This document shows, in pieces, positions 30,621 through 40,364 of a stretch of 64,000 bases of DNA. Both the position numbers and the translations under genes were made by a program. The DNA comes from a marine bacterium B5-7 (GTDB lineage: Bacteria; Pseudomonadota; Gammaproteobacteria; BQJM01). The notes beneath the pieces are model-generated. The model ran no database searches. It worked only from the letters and a program-made list of their open reading frames with translations, and was not told where the DNA came from. How positions within the stretch are numbered: position 1 is the stretch's first letter; the number at the start of each line of letters is the position of its first letter. Location: the NCBI GenBank assembly GCA_021604705.1, contig BQJM01000006.1, positions 2,087-66,086 of the forward strand, written 5' to 3'.

Positions 30621-32009
30621 ATGCAAAACTTTATTAACAAAACCTGGGACGACTCAATCACCCCCACCCTGGTCGATTACATCAAGATCCCCAATAAATC
30701 CCCCGTTTTCGATGCAGACTGGGAAGCGCATGGCTACATGGAACAAGCGGTTCAATTAATTGCTGACTGGTGCAAAGCCCATGCGGCAAAAGGTATGACA
30801 TTAGAGATTGTACGCGAACCGGGTCGTACGCCTGTAATTCTTATGGATATTCCAGGAGAAGGCGATAAAAATATTTTGATGTATGGCCACTTCGATAAAC
30901 AACCGGAAATGGTCGGTTGGGAAGAAGACTTAGGACCATGGAGGCCAGTGATCCGTGATGATAAATTGTATGGTCGTGGTGGTGCGGACGATGGTTATTC
31001 CGCATTTTCTGCGCTGACGGCGATTAATGCCTTACAAGCACAAAATATCCCACACCCCCGTTGTGTGATTTTGATCGAAGCCTGCGAAGAAAGTGGTAGT
31101 TACGATCTGCCTTTTTATGTCGATAAACTTCGCGATCAGATCGGCACACCTGATTTAGTGATTTGTTTAGACTCTGGTGCGGGGAATTACGAACAATTAT
31201 GGGGGACGACATCACTGCGTGGTGTGATTAATGCAACACTTAACATTGAGATGCTAACAGAAGGTATACATTCTGGCTTTGGTACGGGCACTGCGGCATC
31301 CACTTTTCGCGTGCTGCGTCAATTATTAAGCCGTATCGAAGATGAAAACACGGGTGACATGTTATTGCCTGAGTTAAGCGTGGATATTCCTGCGATTCGT
31401 GAGCAACAAGCAATACTTGCGGCAGATACGCTTCAGAATGAAGTGATTGACGCAATCCCACTGGCGGAGAATGTTCAGCCCGTATCTAACGATATCGCAA
31501 CACTTCTATTAAATCGTACTTGGCGTGCAAGCTTAGAAGTGACTGGCATGGATCACATCCCTAGTGTTGCTGATGGTGGTAGTGTATTGCGACCACAGCT
31601 TGCGGCAAAATTGTCTGTCCGTATTCCGCCGACTTGTGATGTCGATGTGGCCGTTGCTGCATTGAAAGAAACCCTAGAAGCCAACGCACCTTACAATGCA
31701 CGTGTTTCTTTCACACCGCTAGAAGCCAATGCCGGTTGGCATGCGCCACAACTCAATGAAACCTTGGCTGCGCAGATTAATGAAGCATCCCAAGTTGCCT
31801 TTGGCAAACCCGCGATGTATTTCGGTGAAGGTGGGACGATTCCTTTTATGGGGATGTTAGGTGATAAATTTCCGGAAGCGCAATTTTTTATTACTGGTGT
31901 GCTGGGTCCAAAATCGAATGCGCACGGCCCAAATGAATTTTTACATTTACCGTTCGCCAAGAAAATTACAGCTTGTGTTGCACACGTTTTAGCGGCGCAG
32001 TGTGGGTGA
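30621..32009 (+). CDS. M20 family metallopeptidase (dipeptidase-like)
   Basis: GHFDKQP, GRGGADDG, EACEESGS metal/catalytic motifs. Confidence 0.8.
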   Translation: MQNFINKTWDDSITPTLVDYIKIPNKSPVFDADWEAHGYMEQAVQLIADWCKAHAAKGMTLEIVREPGRTPVILMDIPGEGDKNILMYGHFDKQPEMVGWEEDLGPWRPVIRDDKLYGRGGADDGYSAFSALTAINALQAQNIPHPRCVILIEACEESGSYDLPFYVDKLRDQIGTPDLVICLDSGAGNYEQLWGTTSLRGVINATLNIEMLTEGIHSGFGTGTAASTFRVLRQLLSRIEDENTGDMLLPELSVDIPAIREQQAILAADTLQNEVIDAIPLAENVQPVSNDIATLLLNRTWRASLEVTGMDHIPSVADGGSVLRPQLAAKLSVRIPPTCDVDVAVAALKETLEANAPYNARVSFTPLEANAGWHAPQLNETLAAQINEASQVAFGKPAMYFGEGGTIPFMGMLGDKFPEAQFFITGVLGPKSNAHGPNEFLHLPFAKKITACVAHVLAAQCG

Positions 32010-32042
32010 GAGCCTAATCTCTGTGTTGTACCTAGCAGCATG

Positions 32043-32078
32043 AAGCAGCTTTTTAGGCCGAGTTGCTTTGTTTTTTTC
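32043..32078 (+). terminator. Putative rho-independent terminator after the M20 peptidase gene
   Basis: Stem aagcagct/agttgctt (one G-U pair), 10-nt loop, then tgttttttt. Confidence 0.5.
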
Positions 32079-32205
32079 TTGTGCTATCCTTAAAGCTGAG
32101 ATCGGCAAAAATACCGGCAAAAAAAACAAAAATATCAATGTAACCTATTGTTTTTAAAGAGGAATTATGGGTAAAAATACCGGCAAAAAATGTCACATTG
32201 GTTTG

Positions 32206-33363
32206 ATGGAGCCTATGTTGCCAGAAGCTTCTCGCGTAGGGCCGCTACGTGAGCGGGCGGCTGAGTTGTTGTCTGCAGCAAGTGGTTTGACGGCACGCTT
32301 ACATCCAATCGTATCGACCCAGATTGGGGGATTAGTGCGTACGATGAATTGCTATTACAGCAACTTGATTGAAGGGCACAATACACACCCGCGTGACATT
32401 GAGCGTGCACTAGCCGAGCATTATTCTTCAGATCCTGTTAAGCGTGATTTGCAACTGGAAGCAAAAGCACATATTGCTGTGCAAGATGCCATTGATGCTG
32501 AAGAGCGTCCATTTAATGTATCAGTTGAATATATTCAGTGTTTGCATGCAGCCTTCTACCAACATTTACCTGAAGCTTTTTTAACAGCCAGTAATCCTGA
32601 TACAGGTGAAATACTGCGTGTTGAGCCGGGGCAGTTACGTCAGTCCTGGGTTCAGGTTGGGCGGCATATTCCTCCAGGGCCGGAAGAGCTACCTAAATTC
32701 ATGCAGCGATTTTCTAATTGTTATACTTGGGATGATCGCAACGTCTTAGATGGGGTGATTGCTGCAGCTGCATCACATCATCGTTTTTTGTGGATACATC
32801 CTTTCTTAGATGGCAATGGTCGTGTGGCGCGTTTATTTTCAGATGCCTTTTTAAAGACCTTGGGCGTGGGTTCATGTTTATGGTCTGTTTCTCGTGGATT
32901 GGCACGCCATGTCGACACCTATAAAGCAAAATTGGCTGATGCAGATAGTGAGCGTCGTGGAGATTTAGATGGTCGTGGACAACTATCTTTACAAGGGTTA
33001 ATAAATTTTTGTGAATTTTTTATGGATACTTGCTTAGATCAAATTTCTTTTATGGATACATTGATCCAACCAGCTACCTTGTTATCACGTATCGAATTTT
33101 ATGTTGCGCAACAACAGCATCATAAGCAATTACCTAAACAAGCATTTCCTTTGTTAAAAGAAGCGTTACTTATGGGGGAGTTTGAACGAGGGCAGGCTGC
33201 GGCATTAACCGGTTATCAAGAGCGGCAAGCACGTACAGTCTTGCAGGCATTGATAGAGAAAAAGTTGCTTGTTTCTGACAGCCCAAGAGGGAAAGTAAGA
33301 TTAAATTTTTCAGCAGAAACAGCGGAATACTGGTTGCCTAAGTTATTTCCTCCAAAAGATTAG
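32206..33363 (+). CDS. Fic family protein (class II, AMPylase-type motif) with C-terminal wHTH-like region
   Basis: HPFLDGNGRVAR Fic motif. Upstream SNLIEG fits the (S/T)xxxE(G/N) inhibitory helix. Start MEPMLPE at 32206, or 32167. Confidence 0.85.
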   Translation: MEPMLPEASRVGPLRERAAELLSAASGLTARLHPIVSTQIGGLVRTMNCYYSNLIEGHNTHPRDIERALAEHYSSDPVKRDLQLEAKAHIAVQDAIDAEERPFNVSVEYIQCLHAAFYQHLPEAFLTASNPDTGEILRVEPGQLRQSWVQVGRHIPPGPEELPKFMQRFSNCYTWDDRNVLDGVIAAAASHHRFLWIHPFLDGNGRVARLFSDAFLKTLGVGSCLWSVSRGLARHVDTYKAKLADADSERRGDLDGRGQLSLQGLINFCEFFMDTCLDQISFMDTLIQPATLLSRIEFYVAQQQHHKQLPKQAFPLLKEALLMGEFERGQAAALTGYQERQARTVLQALIEKKLLVSDSPRGKVRLNFSAETAEYWLPKLFPPKD

Positions 33364-33628
33364 TGTTTTCTACGATGATAGGTGTTAGTTCACACAACTT
33401 TCGTTGTCGTTTTTCATGAGCTTATGACATATGGTGCTAGCAGCGACTTATCAATAACAACCATGAAAAATATTTGCCTAGGTTGTGCGGGAGATTTTAC
33501 CAAAAAGGTATGGCCGGAAAAAGGTTTTCAAAAATTGATGTAACCTACTGATTTGTATAGGAAATTTCTGGGGAAAAGATCGGGCCGTTTCCCCCATCAT
33601 CATGTTGACACATTGTTTCTGCATAACT

Positions 33629-34825
33629 TTACTCACAAATTTCAACTACACTCCCCAATTCCTGCCACGGAATCACCATAATATTATCCGCGAGTTTTGC
33701 GCGCATGGGGGCGCGGCAAACAATGTAACCCATTGTCGAATTGTCGTATTCACTTAAGAACGTTAACAAATGTTTTGCGTCAGCCAATGACGGGTATGGC
33801 GTCCATTTCACTTCAATGGGGATGTATTGTCCCGCCAAAGAAACAACCCAGTCTACTTCTGGTCCTGTATGGTCATGCCAAAAATTTAATGCATTCGGGC
33901 CAGGTTGAAAACGCAGCATATGCAGTAACTCTAAACCTACCCATTGCTCGAACAAATGGCCCATGTATTTTTCTGGGTATGTTGCGGGTTCTTTTGCCGC
34001 AACGCGACGTACACCCATGTCAAATAAAAGATATTTGGGTGATTTTGTTAAACGCTTTCGTGATAGTGATTTGCTTAGTGGTTCAATGCGATGTGCGATC
34101 AAACAATCTTCCAGTATTTCATAGTAGTTTTGAACCGTTTTTCTCGTGACGCCAATATCTTGCGAGACTTTACTAATATTTAAGATGTGTCCAGATTCAA
34201 TGGCTGCTAGCATTAAAAAGCGGTTGAATGTTCCTAGTTCACGGACTAAGGCTTCAGCTTTGATTTCTTCTTCTAGGTAGATGCCAACATAAGCTTCTAG
34301 TAATCTGTTTTTATAGGCATGGTCTGTTTCCAAATAGACGGCAGGTAGTGAGCCATGGAACAAGAGATCTTCAATGGTGTTAGGCAGTGCCGAGCATTCA
34401 CTTAACATGAGTGGATCGCAGTGTAGGGGGATCACGCGCCCAGGCAATAAATTAATGGTCTTGCCTCGTTTCAATTTTCTGGCGGAGGATCCACTTAAAA
34501 TAAACTGTGCTATGTTTCGATCAATGAGATCTTGTACGGCATCCATGATGAAAGGAATTTTCTGGACTTCATCGATGATGACGAGTGGTTTTTTTCTATC
34601 TGTGGTTTGTAGCGCTTCGACTTGTGTTGCAAGTAAATCTAATCGCTGCTCGTAGGCTAAACGTTTCTCAGGACGAGCAAAGGATATCGAGAGAGAGACA
34701 GGGAGCTGCGCCATCATGGTAGTTTTACCAGTCTGACGCGAGCCAAGTAGCAAAATACTTTTGTCTTTCGCTAGGTGTTTCGTGATCTCGGCTTCTAGTT
34801 GTCGGTGAACATACATGCTGTGCAA
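33629..34825 (-). CDS. AAA+ ATPase with PD-(D/E)xK-like C-terminus, paralogue D
   Basis: GSRQTGKTT, IIDEVQK, SGSSARKL, PEVDWVVSLAGQYIPIEVK. 34825 is a TTG; the first ATG is at 34816. Confidence 0.85.
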   Translation of the reverse strand: MHSMYVHRQLEAEITKHLAKDKSILLLGSRQTGKTTMMAQLPVSLSISFARPEKRLAYEQRLDLLATQVEALQTTDRKKPLVIIDEVQKIPFIMDAVQDLIDRNIAQFILSGSSARKLKRGKTINLLPGRVIPLHCDPLMLSECSALPNTIEDLLFHGSLPAVYLETDHAYKNRLLEAYVGIYLEEEIKAEALVRELGTFNRFLMLAAIESGHILNISKVSQDIGVTRKTVQNYYEILEDCLIAHRIEPLSKSLSRKRLTKSPKYLLFDMGVRRVAAKEPATYPEKYMGHLFEQWVGLELLHMLRFQPGPNALNFWHDHTGPEVDWVVSLAGQYIPIEVKWTPYPSLADAKHLLTFLSEYDNSTMGYIVCRAPMRAKLADNIMVIPWQELGSVVEICE

Positions 34826-34835
34826 AGTCTATATT

Positions 34836-34934
34836 ACTGAAAATTGTACCCCATGGTACCCAATTTTCACTGAAATTTGTACCCCAAGGTATACAATTTT
34901 CACTGAAATTTGCTACCCTTGGTGTACAATTTTC
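34836..34934 (-). promoter_or_regulatory. Three phased 33-bp repeats directly 5' of ATPase paralogue D
   Basis: actgaaaattgtaccccatggtacccaattttc / actgaaatttgtaccccaaggtatacaattttc / actgaaatttgctacccttggtgtacaattttc (plus strand). Function is untested. Confidence 0.75.
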
Positions 34935-34955
34935 CATGATGTGAGGCTTTAAGCA

Positions 34956-37259
34956 TCATTCAGCGGGTTTTTCAGGATTCTCGTAGGGTTCGCTAAATTT
35001 GCAGCTATCCTGCGGACAACGGCGCTCAGTGCCGCGTTTCTTCGTGGTTTTAACCGTTAAGATGGGCCAGCCACATTTCGGGCAAGGACCATCAATTGGT
35101 TCATCCCACAATGCATACTTACACTTAGGATAGTGTTCACAAGAATAGAAAATTTTACCGCGACGTGATTTACGTTTAAGGATATTCCCTTTGTTGCAAT
35201 CTGGACATGTTTGTCCGGTGTCCTCGGGCTTATTCAAGGACTCGATAAATTTACAATCGGGATAACCACTACAGCCAATAAACTTACCGTAAGGGCCATG
35301 TTTATAAACCAAAGGTTTTTCACACTTCGGACACGTGCGACCTTCTAAGGCTTCATCGGTCGCATTATCTTCCGGATCTTCTTTTAAATTACGCGTGTAA
35401 CTACAATCAGGATAATTCGTACAACCCACAAAACGACCGCGACGACCCAAACGAATCGATAGAGGACTCTTACACTCAGGACAGTCTTCGTCCATTTTTT
35501 CTTGAGTCACGTCTTTACGTTCGACGTTTTTGTCTATTTCTACCGTCTTATCTTTAAAGGGTTGCCAGAACTCTCTTAACAAATCAATCCAGTTTTTTTC
35601 TCCGCGGGATACACTATCTAATTGATCTTCCAACTGCGCTGTAAAACCAAAATCCACATAATGTGTGAAATACTTCGTTAAAAATTTTGTAACGACGCGG
35701 CCGACATCGGTAGGATGAAAACGTTTTTTCTCGAGAACAACATAGCCCCGATCTTGAATCGTAGAAGTAATGGATGCATAGGTTGATGGTCGTCCAATCC
35801 CATATTCTTCAAGCGTTTTAACCAAACTCGCTTCACTGTATCGTGGTGGTGGTTCTGTGAAATGTTGATCAGCCATAATGCCTAGCAAATCGATTTCTTC
35901 ACCTTCTGTTAATGCTGGTAATAATTTATCGGTACTATCATCCAAACCTTTGTTGTCATCAGTACCTTCAATATAAAGCTGTAAAAAGCCTGGTTTTGCG
36001 ACTTGCGAACCATTGGCACGGAAACGATTGTCATCACCCGCAAACAAATCGACTGCCACGGTATTAATCGTCGCATGTTGCATTTGGCAGGCAACGGTAC
36101 GCTTCCAAATGAGATTGTATAGCTTAAATTGATCGTCGCTTAAATAGCGCCGAATTGATTCTGGTGTGTGACGAGCTAGAGTGGGACGAATGGCCTCATG
36201 TGCTTCCTGCGCATTTTTGGATTTGGTTTTATACATGCGCGGTGAGTTAGGTAAGTTTTCTTCGCCGTAAGTTGCTTGAATAAAGTCACGAATTTCAAAA
36301 ATCGCTTCTTTGGCTAAGGTCACAGAATCCGTACGCATATACGTGATCAAACCCGTGGTACCTTCACCAATGTCTATTCCTTCATACAGTTGCTGCGCGG
36401 TACGCATGGTACGCTTGGCTGTAAAGCCTAATTTTCGCACGGCTTCTTGTTGTAGGGTTGATGTGATAAACGGTGCGGCCGGATTACGCTTACGTTGTTT
36501 CTTTTCAATTTTAGAAACTAATAGCTTGCCTTCCGCGATATCTAATAAATGTTGTTTGTATTCCGTCGCGGTTTTTTCATCTGTTACGGTAAATTGTTCG
36601 ACTTTTTTGCCTTGGTATTCGACGAGTTTTGCTTGGAAACTTTGTTTCTCGGCAGCGGCTTCTGCACCAATGGTCCAGTATTCTTGAGAGTTAAATGCTT
36701 CGATTTCATCTTCACGTTCGACGATAAGTCGTAAGGCTGGGCTTTGTACGCGACCCGCGGATAAACCACGTCGGACTTTTTTCCAGAGTAGTGGCGATAA
36801 ATTGAAACCAACGAGGAAATCTAAGGCACGACGTGCTTGCTGTGCATCGACTAATGGCATTGCCAATTCACGAGGATTGGCAACGGCCTCTTTGACCGCA
36901 GTTTTGGTGATCTCATGGAAAACCACGCGGTACACGGGTTTATCTTTTAAGCCACGCTTCTTACGTAATAACTCACATAAATGCCAGGAGATGGCCTCGC
37001 CTTCGCGATCCGGATCAGTTGCGAGATAAAGGGCTTCGGCATTCCGTAATGCTTTCACAATGACATCGACGTGTTTGGCATTACGATCGATGGGTTCATA
37101 GCGCATGGCGAAGTCATTGTCCGTTTCGACGGCGCCTTCTTTGGCAACCAAATCGCGGACATGACCATAAGAAGCAAAAACCACAAAATCTTTGCCAAGA
37201 TATTTTTTGATGGTTTTTGATTTGGCAGGAGACTCTACAACAACAACATATTTACTCAA
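34956..37259 (-). CDS. topA: DNA topoisomerase I
   Basis: Toprim VVVESPAKSKTIKKYLG, active-site ITYMRTDS, four C-terminal CxxC zinc ribbons. Probable TTG start at 37259 overlaps the smg stop (TTGA). Confidence 0.9.
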   Translation of the reverse strand: MSKYVVVVESPAKSKTIKKYLGKDFVVFASYGHVRDLVAKEGAVETDNDFAMRYEPIDRNAKHVDVIVKALRNAEALYLATDPDREGEAISWHLCELLRKKRGLKDKPVYRVVFHEITKTAVKEAVANPRELAMPLVDAQQARRALDFLVGFNLSPLLWKKVRRGLSAGRVQSPALRLIVEREDEIEAFNSQEYWTIGAEAAAEKQSFQAKLVEYQGKKVEQFTVTDEKTATEYKQHLLDIAEGKLLVSKIEKKQRKRNPAAPFITSTLQQEAVRKLGFTAKRTMRTAQQLYEGIDIGEGTTGLITYMRTDSVTLAKEAIFEIRDFIQATYGEENLPNSPRMYKTKSKNAQEAHEAIRPTLARHTPESIRRYLSDDQFKLYNLIWKRTVACQMQHATINTVAVDLFAGDDNRFRANGSQVAKPGFLQLYIEGTDDNKGLDDSTDKLLPALTEGEEIDLLGIMADQHFTEPPPRYSEASLVKTLEEYGIGRPSTYASITSTIQDRGYVVLEKKRFHPTDVGRVVTKFLTKYFTHYVDFGFTAQLEDQLDSVSRGEKNWIDLLREFWQPFKDKTVEIDKNVERKDVTQEKMDEDCPECKSPLSIRLGRRGRFVGCTNYPDCSYTRNLKEDPEDNATDEALEGRTCPKCEKPLVYKHGPYGKFIGCSGYPDCKFIESLNKPEDTGQTCPDCNKGNILKRKSRRGKIFYSCEHYPKCKYALWDEPIDGPCPKCGWPILTVKTTKKRGTERRCPQDSCKFSEPYENPEKPAE

Positions 37260-37720
37260 TGACCTATTCCTCGATGTGCATCGGCGTGTAAGTGGCAGCT
37301 GAGCCACGTGTGCAGCAACCGTTTGCCGGGTATATTGGCGAGTAAGGTTAATGCAAGTTGCTGGATGTCATCAAGGGTTATATCAGAATCTGTGTTAGGG
37401 ATGGCCTGTTCAATGAGTAATTCACGTGTAACTGGGTCTAAAATGCCCAACTGTTCTAAATAAAGAATAAATCCGCGGACTTCTCGGCTTAAATAAATCT
37501 GTTCTTCGGCGGTAAATGCACGAATATTGACCTGACCAGGGTTGGGTTCAGGTCGCCATGCGGGGGTGAGCACCTCGCCTAGCCAATCTAGCGCATGATC
37601 AATGGCGCCTAGCGAAAATCCTTGCTCACGCAACTCTTCCACTAATAATTCTTCACCGGGCAGCGAAGCCACACTCGGATCTAAGTGATATTTGAATAGG
37701 TAACGAATAACGTCGTACAT
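37256..37720 (-). CDS. smg: Smg (DUF494) protein
   Basis: MYDVIRYLF..., about 154 aa, in the conserved dprA-smg-topA position. Confidence 0.8.
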   Translation of the reverse strand: MYDVIRYLFKYHLDPSVASLPGEELLVEELREQGFSLGAIDHALDWLGEVLTPAWRPEPNPGQVNIRAFTAEEQIYLSREVRGFILYLEQLGILDPVTRELLIEQAIPNTDSDITLDDIQQLALTLLANIPGKRLLHTWLSCHLHADAHRGIGH

Positions 37721-37747
37721 AGTTTCCTCCCTAGCACTGTCATTCTC

Positions 37748-38815
37748 TTATTCTTGCCGTTGGTATCCTCCAACGGTTTTGCAGATGAATCCTTCCATCT
37801 CCAGCTCCACCAGCTTGGCGGAAACTTCCGGGGGCGTCAATTGTGAAAAGGAGCATATTTGGTCAAAGGACGTGGGCTCAACCCCTATATGTTGTATGAG
37901 TGGTGATTTTTTGCGTGTTTTTCTGGGGCTAGTGCTGGCGTGGCTTATCTCCCAGGCCGAGAGAATATCTTCAGCGGATTCAACCAAGGCAGCGCCTTGT
38001 TTGATGAGGTGGTGACAACCTCGAGATTTCAAATTGAAAATAGAACCTGGCATGGCAAATACATCGCGGTTCTGTTCATTGGCCAGGCGAGCAGTGATTA
38101 AGGATCCGCTGCGCATTGCTGCTTCCACAACCAATGTTCCGCGAGATAAGCCGCTGATGATGCGATTACGTTTTGGAAAACTACTGGGGTGTGGCGACAT
38201 TTCTTGATGTGTCTCGCTAATAATCGTGCCGTTATTGTCTAAAATTGTTTGCGCTAAATTTACATGTTGCTTGGGGTAGATGGTTTGAATGTCGGTGCCG
38301 AGTACAGCTATCGTGCGACCATTTCCTTGCAATGCACCTCGATGCGCCGAACCGTCAATGCCATGTGCTAGACCACTGGTAATGACAATGTTGTTTTTTA
38401 CCATATCTTCTGAAAGTCGCATGGCAATGTTACACCCCCCCGGTGTTGCTTGCCTTGCGCCGACAATCGCAAGTTGTGTCTTCTGCAACAAAGAAACATT
38501 GCCTCGAATAAATAACACAGGCGGTGGATCGGGAATGGTTTTGAGTAAGCTAGGATAGCTGGCATCTTCAAGCGTGATCAGATGATTGTTTTCATTGTCT
38601 AACCACGGCCAGATGGCATCTAACCAGGGGTGTTTTTTTGTTTTAATGAAGTCAACATTACTTGTTGTGAAGCCTTGCTGTCTAAGCTGTTTGCTTGATG
38701 CTGCCAAACAGTCTGATAAGTTTGGCCATAATGATTGGATCGCTTGAAATTTTATTGCGCCGATGCCTGGGCATCGGGACAAAATGAGCCAAGCTGTAAG
38801 TGTTTGTCTATTCAC
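37748..38815 (-). CDS. dprA: DNA-processing protein DprA
   Basis: SGLAHGIDGSAHRGAL and AMPGSI motifs. GTG start. Confidence 0.85.
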   Translation of the reverse strand: MNRQTLTAWLILSRCPGIGAIKFQAIQSLWPNLSDCLAASSKQLRQQGFTTSNVDFIKTKKHPWLDAIWPWLDNENNHLITLEDASYPSLLKTIPDPPPVLFIRGNVSLLQKTQLAIVGARQATPGGCNIAMRLSEDMVKNNIVITSGLAHGIDGSAHRGALQGNGRTIAVLGTDIQTIYPKQHVNLAQTILDNNGTIISETHQEMSPHPSSFPKRNRIISGLSRGTLVVEAAMRSGSLITARLANEQNRDVFAMPGSIFNLKSRGCHHLIKQGAALVESAEDILSAWEISHASTSPRKTRKKSPLIQHIGVEPTSFDQICSFSQLTPPEVSAKLVELEMEGFICKTVGGYQRQE

Positions 38816-38916
38816 GTTTTTTCCTTGTTTTGCTGAGGTTTTGTGACTGTAACCGACTAGATTTTGTTTGTCATTATTGCTATGATGGCGCCAATGTTTT
38901 TTTGTGAGAGGTGGCT

Positions 38917-39426
38917 ATGGCGATTAGAAAAGTATTACAGTTTCCTGATGAGCAGTTACGTTTAATGTGTGAGACGATAACGGTATTTGACGATGCATTA
39001 AAACAATTGGTCGACGACATGTTTGAAACCGTGGATGCTTACGGCGGTGGTGGTTTAGCTGCGGCACAGATTAATGTGCAGCAGCGCGTGTTTGTGATGA
39101 ATGGCGGTTCCGGTGATAAAAACGTGGTTGCTTGCATTAACCCAGAAATCATTGAGCAACGCCATGAGGCTGTCACAGAAGAAGCTTGTTATTCTTTTCC
39201 AGGTATTTCAGCAAAAGTGAAGCGTCCACTGTGGGTTCGGGTTAAATTTCAAGATATCACTGGCGCATGGAAAGAATTAGAAGTAAAAGACTGGGAAGCG
39301 CGTTGCGTGCATCACGAAATTGAACATTTGGATGGCGTGGTCTTTATCGATCATCTATCTGGTTTGAAGCGTAAAATGCTGTTGGAGAAAATGCGTAAAT
39401 TCAAACAAAAGCAACAAATAGGTTAA
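38917..39426 (+). CDS. def: Peptide deformylase
   Basis: GGGLAAAQI, EACYSFPG (a variant of EGCLS), HEIEHLDG. ATG 38917 follows gagagg. Confidence 0.9.
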   Translation: MAIRKVLQFPDEQLRLMCETITVFDDALKQLVDDMFETVDAYGGGGLAAAQINVQQRVFVMNGGSGDKNVVACINPEIIEQRHEAVTEEACYSFPGISAKVKRPLWVRVKFQDITGAWKELEVKDWEARCVHHEIEHLDGVVFIDHLSGLKRKMLLEKMRKFKQKQQIG

Positions 39427-39428
39427 TC

Positions 39429-40364
39429 GTGAAAATACTATTTGCGGGTACGCCGCAGTTTGCTGTCCCAAGTTTACAAGCGCTCATCGCTAGCAAGCAT
39501 GAAGTGACTGCTGTCTATACACAACCGGACCGTCGTGCTGGGCGGGGTCGACATCTCCAGCCGTCGCCCGTGAAAGAAATCGCGATACTCAACGACATTC
39601 CTGTGTGCCAGCCACGTAATTTGCGATCTGAAGCGGATCAACTGACCTTATTAGCACATCATGCTGATTTGATGGTGGTTGTTGCTTATGGCTTAATTCT
39701 CCCTAAGAAAGTGTTAGAGATACCTCACTTTGGTTGTATCAATGTTCATGCTTCATTGTTGCCACGTTGGCGTGGTGCGGCGCCCATTCAACATGCGATT
39801 TTATCGGGTGATACGGAATCTGGTGTGACGATTATGCAAATATCGGAAGGCTTAGATGAAGGGGATATGTTAGCAAAAGTCACTTGCCCTATCACAGAGA
39901 CGACAACGGGTACGCAGTTGCATGAAGCCTTAGCGACAATGGGTGCGAAGGCGTTGTTGCCAGTGATTGATCAGGTGGATGCGGGGAAAGAAAATATTAC
40001 ACCTCAAGATCATACGAAGGCGAATTACGCACATAAAATAAAAAAACAAGATGCGGCGATTAATTGGTCGCAGTCCGCCGTTGAAATCAATCGTTTAATT
40101 CGTGCTTTCCAACCATGGCCGGTTGCTTTTACTCAGCGTGATGATCAAGTCGTGCGTGTTTGGAAGGGGATCCCTTTGTCTGAACTAACAGATGAGAGCC
40201 CTGGTACTATTTTGCGAGCAGATGCGGCAGGGATTGATGTGGCGACAGGTGATGGTGTCTTGCGTTTATTGGAATTACAGTTGCCTGGGGGGCGTGTTTT
40301 GCCTGTACAAGAAATATTGAATTCTCGTCAAACTTTGTTTTCTGAGGGTTCACGTTTCATATGA
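39429..40364 (+). CDS. fmt: Methionyl-tRNA formyltransferase
   Basis: HASLLPRWRGAAPIQ. GTG start. Confidence 0.9.
   Translation: MKILFAGTPQFAVPSLQALIASKHEVTAVYTQPDRRAGRGRHLQPSPVKEIAILNDIPVCQPRNLRSEADQLTLLAHHADLMVVVAYGLILPKKVLEIPHFGCINVHASLLPRWRGAAPIQHAILSGDTESGVTIMQISEGLDEGDMLAKVTCPITETTTGTQLHEALATMGAKALLPVIDQVDAGKENITPQDHTKANYAHKIKKQDAAINWSQSAVEINRLIRAFQPWPVAFTQRDDQVVRVWKGIPLSELTDESPGTILRADAAGIDVATGDGVLRLLELQLPGGRVLPVQEILNSRQTLFSEGSRFI

Noticed and set aside
34725-34937. A 70-aa ORF with the internal peptide repeat NFSENCIPWGT/NFSENWVPWGT.
   Set aside because: It is simply the translation of the 33-bp DNA repeat array upstream of ATPase paralogue D and overlaps that gene's start.
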